From: Adineta vaga
Lineage: Eukaryota > Animalia > Rotifera
Assembly (NCBI GenBank): GCA_021613535.1
Contig: CP075494.1
Location: 16,182,001-16,246,000 of the forward strand
DNA: 64,000 nucleotides
Reading direction: 5' to 3'
How positions within the stretch are numbered: position 1 is the first letter of the stretch; every line of letters starts with the position of its first letter. The notes under the pieces are model-generated. The model did not search any database, was not told the DNA's origin, and saw only the letters and a program-made list of their open reading frames with translations. A program made the position numbers and the translations under genes. Of this stretch, positions 12,079 through 24,900 are shown piece by piece.

Positions 12079-14307
12079 TTAATTTATGTAGAAGTTTTGA
12101 CACTGGAGAAGAACACCGACATTGTTTGAATCATAATTTGCCACAATAATATCAGGCATATGGTCATTATTCATGTCAGCTACTGCTACCGACCATGGCT
12201 TCTGACCGACTCGGTAAGTAGCTTGATTCAGAAATGTACCATTACCTGCGTTGATAAGAACACCGATGTTGTCTAAGAGAGTGTTTGCAACAATAATATC
12301 AAGTTTGTTGTCACTATTTATGTCAGCGACTGCTAATGACATTGCACCGATTTCAGATGCATAAGTAACTTGAGAAAGAAACGTACCATTGCCTGTGTTG
12401 AGAAGGACACCGATTGTGTATGGAGTACTGTTTATAACAATAATATCAGGCATGTGATCATTATTCACATCGGCTACTACCACTGGCATTGGAACCATTC
12501 CAACTGTATAAGTAGTCTGATTCAGAAATGTGCCATTACCTGTGTTGATAAGAACACCGATGTTGTCTGAGAAAGTATTTGCAACAACAATATCAAGTTT
12601 ATTGTCACTATTTATGTCAGCTACTGCTAATGACATTGGAGAGATACCAACTGTATAAGTAGTTTGATTCAGAAATGTACCATTGCCTGTATTGATAAGA
12701 ACACTGACATCGCTTGACGCAGTATTTGCAACAACAATATCAAGTTTGTTGTCACCATTTATGTCAGCTACTGCTATTGACCGTGGGCTGCTACCAGTTG
12801 CATACCTAGTTTGAGGCAGAAACGTTCCATTGCCTGCGTTGAAAAGAACACCGACTGTGTGCGTATCTCTGCTTACGACAACAATATCAGGTTTATTATC
12901 ACCATTCATATCATCCACTGCTAATGCTACTGGTCTGTGATCAACTGTATAAACAGTGGGATCTAGAAATATGCCATTGTCTGTATTCAGAAGAACTTTG
13001 ACGCAGTACCCAAAACCGTGTGCAACAACAATATCTGGTTTGTTGTCACTATTCACGTCAGTTACTATTACTGATGTCGGACTAGAATCAACTGCATAAG
13101 TAGCTTGATCTGGAAACCTACTGCTACAATCTATCAAACATAAAAAGTTTTTCCTTGCTAGCACTCTTAGGACAGTATGCGATCATCATATCTTAAATTT
13201 CGAAGACTTTATCCTATGTAGAATTACAGCGACCAACCTGCGGTCATATTATATTATTCTTGAGAATGTTCGATGTTCCGGAACATAATTTACAGCATTT
13301 ATCTTCCATTCTGCTCGTCTTCATGTGGGATATCTCCATCGAACTGAAAATCGATCAACACATCGAGCTTTTGTGTGTCTCCTGCTAAACTTGTTAATAT
13401 TTCAAGCACTTATTATACCATCAAGAAACGCTTGCCTGTAGACTTGCATAGCTCTTCCTTGTAGAAGAACTGTTCCGACTATCAGCAAACTATTTATCTA
13501 GATTAGGTATGTTATTTTCTCTCGTCATCCCATACTCATACTCAAGATTATTAAATGATTCAAACTTCTCACCTTCAGTTACTTTCGACCAAGTCTCACA
13601 CGGAAGCTTGTTAGCGCCGCCCATTCAAAGCTAAACTCTAGAACTCATATGTTCTATCTAAGAAAAGCATCTGTTAAAGAGAACGTATTTATTAACGTGT
13701 AAACTGCCTCCTGCCCTCCTCCAATGGCTACTCATCTGTAAGATATTTGAGGGTGTGGGTATCTCCTCTTCTTTCACACCCACCCTATAGTAACGAATAA
13801 CTTGTAAGCCTCTTTATTTATCCACGATTCGAAATAACCGTGAGTTAGAAAACTGCAAATAGTCTAGTACTACGTAGAAATCATTTAGCATATCGCTCAC
13901 TTTTTGCTGATGATCTTGTTGTCGGTGTTGTTGATGACGTTGTTGATTCTGTGTGAAAAATATGTTATTAAAATGAGACAAAAAGATTAGGTTAGGTTTT
14001 GGTCATAATTGAGCTCTTCTCGATCTATTCATAATGTATCCAGATTTTAATAAATTATAATCAATAAGCTTTCATGAATTCAGATACGTTATCTCACTAT
14101 CTTGATGCATGAATGTGGATGTCTATGTGATTATCATCTCTTATCCACGCACCCATACCCACACTCACACCCTTCTTGTCTGAGTAGTTGATGTTTCTAT
14201 TGAAGTAGAGTTTTTTGGTTCAGCCTAAAATAAATAATTGAAACAAAAGTCATTTCATATTGTTTTCTTTAAATTACCTCGCAAACTTCTATTCTATTGT
14301 GCTTCAT
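12079..14307 (-). CDS. FG-GAP/VCBS repeat protein (about 7 repeats, one beta-propeller)
   Basis: Last exon 12079-13130 has ADINSDNKLDIVVAN...GNGTFL repeats after a tttgatag acceptor. A Thr/Ser-rich mini-exon lies at 13901-13948 (ESTTSSTTPTTRSSAK). Putative first exon MKHNRIEVCE near 14278-14307; the 5' structure is uncertain. Confidence 0.8.
13748..13786. repeat. Telomere-like G/C palindrome (likely intronic)
   Basis: TGAGGGTGTGGGT-atctcctcttcttt-CACACCCACCCT. Confidence 0.9.
14110..14173. repeat. Telomere-like G/C palindrome, degenerate G arm
   Basis: TGAATGTGGATG...atctctt...CCACGCACCCATACCCACACTCACACCCT. Confidence 0.75.
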
Positions 14308-14445
14308 AGTTGATGTTTTGTTGATTGTTTAATACTGATTTAATACTTTTACAATGAAAAATCTACAAGAATTGAGAATGAACACAATAAAGGACGTGCA
14401 ACCTTTCTGGTATCTATACTTGTGAGATAGGACAACCAACTGATT

Positions 14446-14506
14446 TAGTGTGGGTATGAATAAATCTTATACACACTAATATCTCATTCAATCAATCACA
14501 CTCTCA
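14446..14506. repeat. Telomere-like G/C palindrome, degenerate
   Basis: TAGTGTGGGTATG...TCACACTCTCA. Confidence 0.55.
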
Positions 14507-15690
14507 AGATTAAATTCTTCTTGTCACGACGATAAGACAGAACGAATGGTGTTCGAAAAAATAACTATTCTGATAACGAATCTAACTCGTTATGAATGAC
14601 AGAAACAAATAAAGAAACGAAAAGTAAATGTTGTATGGCTATTATATTTCAAAATATAATTTACTTGCTTATAGTAAAATTATGATATATCAATTTAAGG
14701 AAATATGTTAACTAGAGACTGAACCATGTGAATAGAAGATGATGAATAAAATATCGGTGCAAACTCATTTTTTCTCAGGAAAACTAGCATTTCCTTACAA
14801 AATGTTGGTTTTCAGTGTTGTTTTGAATAGAAATCATAACATATCTTCTCTGACGCAGTATAGGATCCCATATGCTACTTAAATATTTCTTTTATGTTCT
14901 GTATTTACAGTAGATCATAATCCACATACCTTTTATAATTTTGTTCAACACTAATCTTGATAAAATGAAGCGAGCTCATTATTTTTTTTATATATATTGT
15001 TAAAGATTCAACAAATATTTCACCTATAAACAATTTGTATGTTGCTCAAAACGGTCAATAACTGTCAGTTAGTTGCGGATTATCATTCCGTAAGCGCGAT
15101 AATCGCTGATACTTTTTTCAATATTTTTTAGTGTTAAATTATGGTGAAAATCACGGCTCGTTATAAATGAAAGAGAGAGAGAGAGAGCATTAAAACCATT
15201 GGTGATAGCTGCATCGACTAATTTGGCTTGATTTACTTTGGTCTACGAATATTTATTAAAGATGACGCCATAAAAATAATCATCAGCTAATTTATTAACT
15301 AATGGAGAAGATATTACCAGTATCTAATATAATATGTTGTAACTTATTATAATCCACTTTTCTAAAGGAAAAATCAGAAAAGAACTGATGCAAAATGATA
15401 AACCGGTGGTAGCGGACACTTTTGATGAAAAAGAAGTGGTTTGGGTTATTTAGGCGAAGCAAATTGTTGCCTTCTCTAATAAATTACTAGTTTTCATACG
15501 CATCTAAAATACTTCTTCTATTCATTTATCATTTTTGTGCTCGATTAACTTAGAACGTTTCATTCAATTTCGACAAAGCATCATACAGAAAATGTAATCA
15601 TGAGTAGATTGTTAACGAATTGTATTTGATTTATAAGAGGTAATGAGATTTGTTACGGCTTGCAATTGACTATCATTTGAAAATAAATCT

Positions 15691-15776
15691 TGAGGGTGGG
15701 GGTGGTGTAGGATGGGTGTTATTTAAATACTGTAATCATTTCACATTCATGGTGAGATCCACACTCACACCCGCTC
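15691..15776. repeat. Telomere-like G/C palindrome
   Basis: TGAGGGTGGGGGTGGTGTAGGATGGGTG...CCACACTCACACCCGCTC. Confidence 0.8.
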
Positions 15777-16147
15777 GGTGTTTTACTTATGAGGAAAGGC
15801 CACCAAGTGTTCTCTCGCTTTTGAGTTCGAACTCTGCGCATCATGTAGTTCCTAATGAGTTATGAATAACCTGAAAAGATTTCGGACTAATAACTTATTG
15901 CTGATGTGATATTGCATTTTTACGGTAATTTCTAATAGAAAGGCGTGGCCGTTTTTAGGAACGCGATAAAAACTTATTTTCGAATTTCGACTTGACACTT
16001 TGCACAGAAATAGGACTTAATGACAATAGTTTATTATGAAAGTTTCAGACGTTTTCGTTGTTTCTGTCTTAAGGTACGGCTATGTAAAAATATGCCTTTT
16101 ACATTGGACCCTTGATTATGTTGCACAAACGGACTTCAGATATTTCT

Positions 16148-16199
16148 TGAAGATGTGGATTTGTATCTTCACAATACTCACATCAACACTCACACCCTG
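16148..16199. repeat. Telomere-like G/C palindrome, degenerate G arm
   Basis: TGAAGATGTGGAT...atcttc...ACTCACATCAACACTCACACCCTG. Confidence 0.65.
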
Positions 16200-16466
16200 A
16201 ACACAAGTAACGCTCGTCGTGCCGATTCACTTTACTCTCGACTGTGAAAGACAGGTATTTTCTGCGTGTGCCAATAGTGAGACGAATTGATGTAGCAACT
16301 CTAAATACGAAGAAACGATTCAAACTTTTTTCTCACATTGGAATAAAAAAAACTTCATTAATGTTGATAATCAATTATATTACAGGAAAATGACAAAAAA
16401 AACATAGATTCAAAAATTAAAAGAATTTGTTGAAATTTTAATTTTATCCATTCTTTCAATTCATCG

Positions 16467-17320
16467 TTATCTTGTCATGCAACAATTAAACATAATTATA
16501 AATATAATTTGATAAAAAGATATTATCATCTGTTCACTATTTTTATATGGAGCTGAACATTTCTTAAAATCGAATTTAATTGTACTTTTTTCTCGAATTT
16601 TATCACAAGTTTTTGATGTTGTACAATTATCCAAACTACAAAAAATAGATATTTGTACATAACGTGCTTGATTAGTTATATGAAATATAACTAAGCGTTC
16701 TATAAATACTGGATTTCAATTAGATTGCGTACGTCATGTTCCACAAATTTTACTTCTTGTTTTGTTTTCATAAATATATTCTGCTTCACATTGTGTACAT
16801 TCATTTGGATAATCTGGAATATATTTATCACAATATTTATTGGTCCGATTGGAATAAAATAAACATGCACGATTAGCATGAGCGCCATTTTGAAGTAAGA
16901 CAAGTTTAAAATAAGAAAATTCATCATTTATTGTTAATGTTTCTAATAAACGTTGAAGTATACTAACATCATTACATCTATCAGTTGAGCAAATCTATTC
17001 AAATGAATATGTTATTCGTTGATCTGCTGGTTCCGATGAAAAACTTTTTGCTCGGGCAGTAACAGATAGTATAAATGTGCTGATAATAAGGATGCATTTG
17101 TAAACATATAATTATTCATTAGAATATAAGTGTCATTTCGATGAAAAGACCATTGTACAGAAATTTGACATGGAAAATTTCTTCTTGATGTTTTACAAGA
17201 ATTTAATTCTGATGGAATATTATCAATTGTAAGTTTTCCATTGTATTCAAGTGCATTGGATGCATAACAGAGAATTTCACATGACGCCTGGTTAAATAAT
17301 ACAAATAAATGAAATAACAT
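16467..17320 (-). pseudogene. Secreted/GPI Cys-rich protein (Ly6-like CSTDRCN motif), frameshifted
   Basis: Signal peptide then ILCY; later ICSTDRCND, CTQC, CSLDNC and a hydrophobic tail. The reading frame is broken by stops and a frameshift near 17010 and by further stops near 16720-16740. Confidence 0.6.
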
Positions 17321-17545
17321 ATTTGATTATTGAATGTATTTTAGTTGATTTGGTATAAAATCAAGTGAATATATATAATGATAAGATAAATCATAATGTG
17401 TCATAGTGATATCAGATATATTTAGATAAAAAAATTACTCATTGTTTTTTACATAGGTGTGTTGTAACAACCGATACCATTGATAACAACAACAACAAAC
17501 AAAAATAAATAGTTAAAAGTAGAAGTATGAAAGAGTATAAGATCT

Positions 17546-17577
17546 TGAGGGTGGGCACCATTTCAACACCCACACCT
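17546..17577. repeat. Telomere-like G/C palindrome
   Basis: TGAGGGTGGGCA...ACACCCACACCT; 160 bp beyond the stop of the minus-strand gene ending at 17738. Confidence 0.8.
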
Positions 17578-17737
17578 ATTCCTGGAAAGTCATTAAGGTT
17601 TTAGTAAAATATCGGAGGCAATGAATTGCCAATTGTACAAGAATACTTTAAAACATATCGCGATTCTCTAGATTACACCCAAACTCTTGTATAGTTTTTA
17701 GTAGTCAAACAATTCTTTAAGTGAAATTGTTAAGATT

Positions 17738-19126
17738 TCAAGGTTTCTTTTTAATAAAGGTTCCATTTGGAAGAATTGTTTGATAAAAAACCACATTAGA
17801 CAGAAGCTGTTGATCTGTAAGTCCATGACAACCCGTCAAATTTACATTTGTAAAATTAGCTTTGTTTAATCTCGTTCCAAACATCGAACAATTTATCATT
17901 GATACTGTAATAAATTTGCATTGTTCGAGATTCGCTCCAGATAGATTAACTCGATCAAGTGATGCACCTTCAAATTCAGATGCAAGAAAAGATCCATTTC
18001 TCATATCACTATCGGCCATTGACAGAGAAGAAAATTTTGCTTCTATAAAGTTTGAATGTGCCAAACGAGCACGTAGTAACGACGATCGTATAAACTTACA
18101 ATGAATGCATTGTACACTAGATTCAAAAGAAATCTCATCTAATTTTGTATTTTTACCAAATACTGTTCCATAGATTATAGAATTTGTAAATATTGATTTA
18201 TACATAGTCATATGTCCTTCGAATCGAATATTTGAAATTATAACATTTGACCAATAGGTGTAATCAAGATTAGAATAGTTGAAAATAGGTGAATGTTTAA
18301 ATGTTGCTTTATTAAAAGTTGCATGGGTCATATCAGCTGCTTCAATACGTATATATTTATACTCGAGATGAGCAGTACTTAGATGGGAATCCATTGGATG
18401 GCCAAACTCTACTCCACTAAAATTTGTTCCAAAAAATATCGACTGTTCATGACTCATGTTAAGATCAAAAATACCTGCATCGAATAAACTATCAATCAAT
18501 ATTGTACGATGTTTGGAATCTAATCGACGTAGAGCTGCTCCTGTTTTCATTTGTAGTGCGAGTAAAAATTTATCAAATGAATCATTCAGTGAAGTACTAT
18601 GGAAGTCTATTAGTAATGTTGCTAAATCATCTTGATATTTGAATAAAACATTTTCCTGTTGATGATATTCTTCGATGAAAAGATCATCCCTATGATTTTC
18701 TTGAGCTGCACGAAATTCATAGATTCGTTCATTCTCAGATTGATTACGTTTTCTATCAGCAAGTTCATAATCTTGTATTCGTTGATCATTTATCATTGTC
18801 AAATCAAGGTCACGCTGTAATCGTGTATTTTCTTTATCTTCTTGACGTTGAAGACGAGCAGTTTTTCGATCTTCCTCACGTTGATGACGTGCTAATTCTA
18901 AATCATGTTGACGAAGTTCAGCGGCTTGTGCAGCATCTTCATCACGATTGGATTGAGCCGCATTCTGTTGTTGAATTGCTATGACCAACGTGAAAATTCC
19001 AATCATTATTGGAATCGCAGCATCTGAGAGTACTTTAACTATATCGGATGATGTTAAGCCACAACAACAAGTCTTTTTTCTTTCAGAACCATTGACATTT
19101 TCAGTATTGGTATGAGCGTCTGACAT
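17738..19126 (-). CDS. Membrane-anchored coiled-coil plus pentapeptide-repeat protein
   Basis: 462-aa intronless ORF: TM (IPIMIGIFTLVIAI), charged coiled coil, A(D/N)LxxAxF-type repeats, C-terminal LPNGT. Confidence 0.9.
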   Translation of the reverse strand: MSDAHTNTENVNGSERKKTCCCGLTSSDIVKVLSDAAIPIMIGIFTLVIAIQQQNAAQSNRDEDAAQAAELRQHDLELARHQREEDRKTARLQRQEDKENTRLQRDLDLTMINDQRIQDYELADRKRNQSENERIYEFRAAQENHRDDLFIEEYHQQENVLFKYQDDLATLLIDFHSTSLNDSFDKFLLALQMKTGAALRRLDSKHRTILIDSLFDAGIFDLNMSHEQSIFFGTNFSGVEFGHPMDSHLSTAHLEYKYIRIEAADMTHATFNKATFKHSPIFNYSNLDYTYWSNVIISNIRFEGHMTMYKSIFTNSIIYGTVFGKNTKLDEISFESSVQCIHCKFIRSSLLRARLAHSNFIEAKFSSLSMADSDMRNGSFLASEFEGASLDRVNLSGANLEQCKFITVSMINCSMFGTRLNKANFTNVNLTGCHGLTDQQLLSNVVFYQTILPNGTFIKKKP

Positions 19127-19149
19127 ATGTTTTGTTTTGTTTGAAATGA

Positions 19150-19392
19150 AAGAGTTATGAGTATGTAAAGCAATTCAAATGAAAACATTTTGACATGATC
19201 ATATATTTGTATGTTTGATTGGTATGTTGTTTATTAATTCTCATGATGTTTAGACTATTGCTAATATTATGATAAACGTGATTAAATTTAGTCATGTCAA
19301 TATATTTCATCAATCAATTTGATTTTCCACGAACAGATGTACAAATTATTGATCATGTCAAAATGTTTTCACTTCGTCTTTTCATAACTCTT
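19150..19392. promoter_or_regulatory. Palindromic bidirectional promoter region between pentapeptide paralogs
   Basis: Perfect 22-bp IR TGAAAACATTTTGACATGATCA (19180-19201) / 19350-19371, plus an 11-bp IR AAGAGTTATGA (19150-19160) / 19382-19392. Confidence 0.7.
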
Positions 19393-19415
19393 CAATTTCT
19401 TGTAAAATAAAACGT

Positions 19416-20807
19416 ATGCAAGACGGTGCTGCTAATACCGAGAGATTGAATGACCATAAAAGAAAAATCACTTGCTGTTGTTGTACTGTGGCGGTGCGTA
19501 GTACAGTATTTTTTACTTCGAAGGTTGTTGTACCACTGATTGTGGGTGTATTTACTGTAATTATTGCGATTCATCAACAGAATGTGGCTCAATCAAATCG
19601 TGATAAAGATGCTGCACAAGCTGCTGAACTTCGTCAACATGATTTAGAAGATGCACATCGTCGACGTGAAGAAGATCGAGAAGAAGCTCGCATTCAACGT
19701 GAAGAAGATAAAGAGAATGCCCGATTACAACGTGAACTTGATTTAAAAATAGCCCATGATAAACAATTACAAGAATATGAACTTGTTGAAAGACAACTTA
19801 ATCTTTCTCAAAGCCAACGTGAACATGAATTTCGATTGACTAAACAAAATCGTATCAATGATCTTATTTTAGAAGACGAACGTGAGAAAGAAACAATTCT
19901 TCTCAATTATCAATATGATCTATCGAGATTATTGTTGAATTATCAACATATGTTAATGAACTCATATGAACCTATTCGATTTACAATTCAAATGAAGACA
20001 AAAGCAGCTCTACGTCGATTAGATCCACTACGTCGTACTATTGTAATTCGAAATATAATGCAATCTGGTCTTTTAGATATTGATTGGGAGGGTTCAAAAT
20101 CATTTCTTTACAAATCAAATCTTAGTGGTGTTGATTTTAGTGCTTCACGGGGTTCAAATATTTCAGAATATGTTCTCAAATATGAAAATCTTAACATAGA
20201 AATGGCTGATGGTCGTTTTGCGATACTTCGTCATATAAGTATCACTGATCATCTTTCTTTTCGTCTTTCTAATTTCGACTATACTGATTGGTCATATAGT
20301 GAATTGACAGATGTAACATTTGCAAATTTTGCTACGATGAATCAAGCGAAATTTACTGGAACAAGATTTGTTGATGTTACTTACGATGATATCGAAATGA
20401 ATCATGTTTCATTTGAGCACAATGAATATTGTAAAGGTTGTATTTTTCTCAAATCATCATTAGAAGAAGCGAAATTGAATTATTCAATTTTTTCATCGTC
20501 ATTTTTTATGAATTTATCAATAACAGATGGTAATATGAGTCATAGTTCCTTTCTTCATTCTGACTTTTCAGATGTGATACTTGATCGAGTAGATCTTTCG
20601 GCATCTACTTTTTTCGACTGCAAATTTACACGAGTATCACTTGTAAATTGTTCATTATTCAAAACAACATTTAAAAATACATTTTTTGCCGGTGTTAACA
20701 TGACGGGATGCAAAGGATTTGACAAAGAACATAGGGCTAATCTAGGTGGAAGTTCCTATATTCTTCCCAATGGAACATTCTATCGAGGACATGAAATAGT
20801 CATTTAA
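19416..20807 (+). CDS. Membrane-anchored coiled-coil plus pentapeptide-repeat protein (inverted paralog)
   Basis: 463-aa intronless ORF collinear with 17738-19126 (QSNRDxDAAQAAELRQHDLE, QMKTxAALRRLD, LPNGT). Confidence 0.9.
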   Translation: MQDGAANTERLNDHKRKITCCCCTVAVRSTVFFTSKVVVPLIVGVFTVIIAIHQQNVAQSNRDKDAAQAAELRQHDLEDAHRRREEDREEARIQREEDKENARLQRELDLKIAHDKQLQEYELVERQLNLSQSQREHEFRLTKQNRINDLILEDEREKETILLNYQYDLSRLLLNYQHMLMNSYEPIRFTIQMKTKAALRRLDPLRRTIVIRNIMQSGLLDIDWEGSKSFLYKSNLSGVDFSASRGSNISEYVLKYENLNIEMADGRFAILRHISITDHLSFRLSNFDYTDWSYSELTDVTFANFATMNQAKFTGTRFVDVTYDDIEMNHVSFEHNEYCKGCIFLKSSLEEAKLNYSIFSSSFFMNLSITDGNMSHSSFLHSDFSDVILDRVDLSASTFFDCKFTRVSLVNCSLFKTTFKNTFFAGVNMTGCKGFDKEHRANLGGSSYILPNGTFYRGHEIVI

Positions 20808-20991
20808 ATGCATATCAAAGGACTGCCAGAATTTATTCAGAGACTCAAACCTTCGAGTCAGACATTCGAAGAAGGATTGAACATATGTAATGATTTTGTT
20901 GATTTCTGGAAACAATTTTCGTTTATATCAGTGAAATAAATTTATAATAACGATATAGCCGGTATTCGACAAATAATAACTAATTCACTAC

Positions 20992-21060
20992 GGGTAGGTG
21001 TGAATATGGTGTGGGTGTGGTTCTGAATATACCTGAGTCTATACTCTTAACACACATCCA
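20992..21060. repeat. Telomere-like G/C palindrome, degenerate C arm
   Basis: GGGTAGGTGTGAATATGGTGTGGGTGTGG...CACACATCCA; 185 bp after the stop at 20807. Confidence 0.75.
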
Positions 21061-21445
21061 TGGCCAATAAGTCATCAGTGTAATATCAATTTCATGCTTG
21101 AATAATCTTAAATTATTTTTACAATAGAAGAAGATTCTCTGACTATAAACATATATGTAAACTTTTAATATTTTATTGTATTTATTTGTAATGCTAGTTA
21201 TTCACATTCGAGGATTATAGCTCAGTTCTTTCTCATAGAAATCGTGTTATTAACTATCATTAGATTTGAGTTTCTCGACTTCGATTATCTCTCAGTCAAG
21301 TTTTAGGGAAAATTATGTCTTGTAGTTGAAACGTTTTTTTTCCATCAATCAGAGAAGTGCGGACACACAAACAAGCAAGTACAAGCGGACAGTTTATGCT
21401 TGCAAGACTCTTCTCCAGAAGAAAGAGAAAATCACAATTTCATCT

Positions 21446-21499
21446 AGGGTGAGTGTGGATGTTCGCTCGTAACTGACCTTTTACCCTCGCCCACACCCA
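21446..21499. repeat. Telomere-like G/C palindrome
   Basis: AGGGTGAGTGTGGATG...ACCCTCGCCCACACCCA. Confidence 0.8.
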
Positions 21500-21912
21500 T
21501 ATTTGTATTAATTTGAAAGAGATCAATAAATATCTTTGAAATCAATGATGTTCACCGTAAAGATATTTTAATTACATTTGAAATACTTATATATTCTTTG
21601 ATTTCATTGAAAAAGATTGAACATTTCTTCGGAAGAATTTTGTCAATAAAAACAAAGACTAATATTGATCAAATTTCTTTTTCTTTTAATTGAAAAATGA
21701 TATTTGATGAACACCGATATGTTTATTTTGTCGATCAATATATGAACTTCATATCAAATGTCCAAAACAAATATAAAGAATGTGAGAAAAATCTTTAAGA
21801 TTATTTGTTTTTCTTATGTTTTGTAGATGCAAAGAATTGTCAAAGAAAAAGTTTTGTTTAACAATTCTGATTGAAACGCTTCCATTCACTACTAAAAACG
21901 TTTCTATTCTAA

Positions 21913-24900
21913 ATGAAATTGATTATTAATTTCAACGTTTGTTTCTTCACATTGTTTCTAATTTATGGAACAAAAGGTAAGCTTTGAAATATTTTCTCAA
22001 TATAATCAATAAGATTTAGAATTCTTTTTTAATGAGACTTCTAAAAAATTTTCGTCCCATCGACAAAACCATTCGTTTTAAACAGTTGACGAATTTCCAA
22101 ACAATGACATTGATTTCGAACAGAGACAAACTACTTTTATTCTCGATATGATTTCAATGATAAAAGAGAAAGATCAAGGTGATTTCGATAACTATTAGTT
22201 GTAATATTATGATTTCAGATTGTAACACAACATTAATTCAGTCAAAGTAAAGATTGTCTTCACATCGAATTTCTACACTTTGAGATTGATTGAACAATCG
22301 ATGAGCGCGTAAATTTATGTACTTTCCAACGACAAAATCTCTTTTTAACCTAATCAAGTCTTTATCTCATCTATTTTAGCTATTCCATACAATCAGCCCA
22401 AACTCTGTTCTAACGCGTCATGGGATATCAATGCTACTACTTTTGCGTGGAACAATACTGTTGCTGTATATCCCTACTCAGTCTTTGTCAATAGAGATAA
22501 TACTGTGGTCTCTGTCAGTAGAAATAAGAGTGTAATCCTCGTTTGGTTTGATGGAAGTAGCAGTCCCTTAGTGACGAATAGTACTGTTCTCGATGACAAC
22601 TGGAGTGTTTTTGTTACAGATGACAATGAAATCTATTTTGATACAAAATACTCTTCAAAAAACTCTACAAATAATTTCACCATCTATCAAATAGAAAAAT
22701 GGACATTAAATGGAACGAAACTTTCGTCAAATCTCACAGTTACAAGTCAATGTGGCGGTCTTTTTATTGATTTGAACAACACAATCTATTGTTCCTTGTA
22801 TAGCCTTCATACAATCGTTAGTAAATCGTTGAACAATTCTGGAAGCAACTTTGATACTGTCGCTGGTAATGGTACTGCAGGTGGAACATCGATACAACTC
22901 AATAGACCTAGTGGAATGTTCGTGACCACCAATTTTGAATTATATGTAGCTGATTATGGCAATAGTAGAATTCAAAAATTTCAACTGGGCAACTTGTTAG
23001 GAACAACAGTGCCAATTAATGTATCGACAGGAAATAGCTCACTCAAGAATCCATCAGGAGTTGTCATGGATGCTGATGGTTATCTATTCATTTTGGACTC
23101 AGGGAATAATCGAATTGTCGCAGAAAGTGTCAATGGTTTCCGTTGTGTGGCAGGTTGTTCGCAAGTGAAGGGCTCAGAAGCGAACCAATTTAAGGAAGCA
23201 TGGGCTCTGAGTTTCGATAATCTAGGAAATATCTTTGTCATGGATACAAAGAACAGTCGAATTCAAAAGGTTCTTCTCGCTTCAAACTCATGCGGTAAGA
23301 CCATAACATGCAATTTCTTCGTTTATTAAAAATTTCGAAGACACGAACATACAGGAGAAAATAATATAAGCTTTTGAGCAAACAGATTTCCTCTGAACAA
23401 GTACTTTTCTCTAAAGATTGTTTAGGTTATGCTAGCATCTATAATTCAAAAGAGTTCAATAATCAATCGATCTTATCCATCATTATTTGCGAACAAGGAA
23501 ACACTTGTCGGGAAATGATTATAAAATTATTCTTGGTGTGAACAATTAGAGACCAATTTGTCATTCCTTTCTTCATTTCATTCACTTCTTTTTAACATTA
23601 AATCAGGCATAAAAACATTCTCTAGATAATACTAAGTTATAATATCGCAAATATATCATTCAAGACAAAGAGAGTATTATAAATAAAACGGTGAAAAAAA
23701 TATCTAGATAAAATCGTGTTTCCCTCATCATTCGCACAGCATCGTTCATATATTATAGACAATATGTGGGTGCGGGTTTAAAATACGGATTCTTTATATA
23801 ATATCCATGCCACACAGATATATACTATCACTCACATCTACAATCCAGATACAGTCTCATGTGATATTTTTTCCTTGCAATATTTTGCCCATGTCATGTT
23901 ATTTTTTGAAACGATTTGTTCACGATACTGCGTCCTGCAACATTCAGCCCCTTCATATTCTAGATCAACCCACGTCAACCCATTTACCAACAACAACTCA
24001 ATTATTGACATCAACCGAATTACCAACAACAACGCAGTCACCCACGTCAACCCAGTTACTAACGTCAACCCAGTTACCAACGTCAACCCTATTACTAACG
24101 TCAACCGAACTATTGGCGACTACCCAACCATTAACGACCACAGAATCAACTACAAGCATCACATCCACATTACCTTCGACAGCGATAGAAACCACCGGGC
24201 AGAGTACAACCGAACAAGCAGCTTCAACAGTCGACGAATCAATTTTAACAACACAAATCAAATCAGATGCGTCAACAGATCATCTGTGTAAGTTAGTTTT
24301 CTCGTACATATCATTAGGAAAGATGATTCGATTTCTATTCATCGAATAATATTTCTATTTTGCATTGATTAACATAAAGCAAAATAAACTATCACAGATC
24401 TTTTACTCTATAAGAAAATGTATTTTGTAAATTAGATCAACTGACTAGTGAATCTTTATCAACACTAATTTCTTCGTCTCAACTGAGTAAGTGAATTTCT
24501 CTTTTTTTCTATGTGATTGTTAGATTCATTTTATGTTTAGTTTTAACAAGTTCAACATCAACAACAGTTATTTCCACTACACAAACAAGTATTTCGAATT
24601 ACAAAGGTACAAAATTCTTTTGTTTATACATCACTTGTGCACATAAATCTTTCTAATTTGTTCATTCTTTTTAGAAACATCAACAATAAATCAAATTAAC
24701 ACAAGTTTATTATGTACGTCTATTATGAGTTTGATATTAGACATAATTCTAATTTATTTGTTTAGATTTAACTTCGAGACAATCTACAATAATGATGAAT
24801 GGTTTGATTTCTTAAATATATATTTTGTTTATTTAAAATTTCAAACAATTTTAGTAAATTCATCTCAAGATTCTTTTATTACATTAACTTGTGCTAATCA

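Noticed and set aside
15790-16115. MITE-like internal sequence (also 2080-2230, 11040-11340, 37900-38200)
   Set aside because: Looks repeat-derived, but I could not identify both TIRs or a TSD.
23838-24291. Repetitive ORFs (VTGLT, TNVNP) overlapping the mucin exon
   Set aside because: Other frames of the 18-nt coding repeat.
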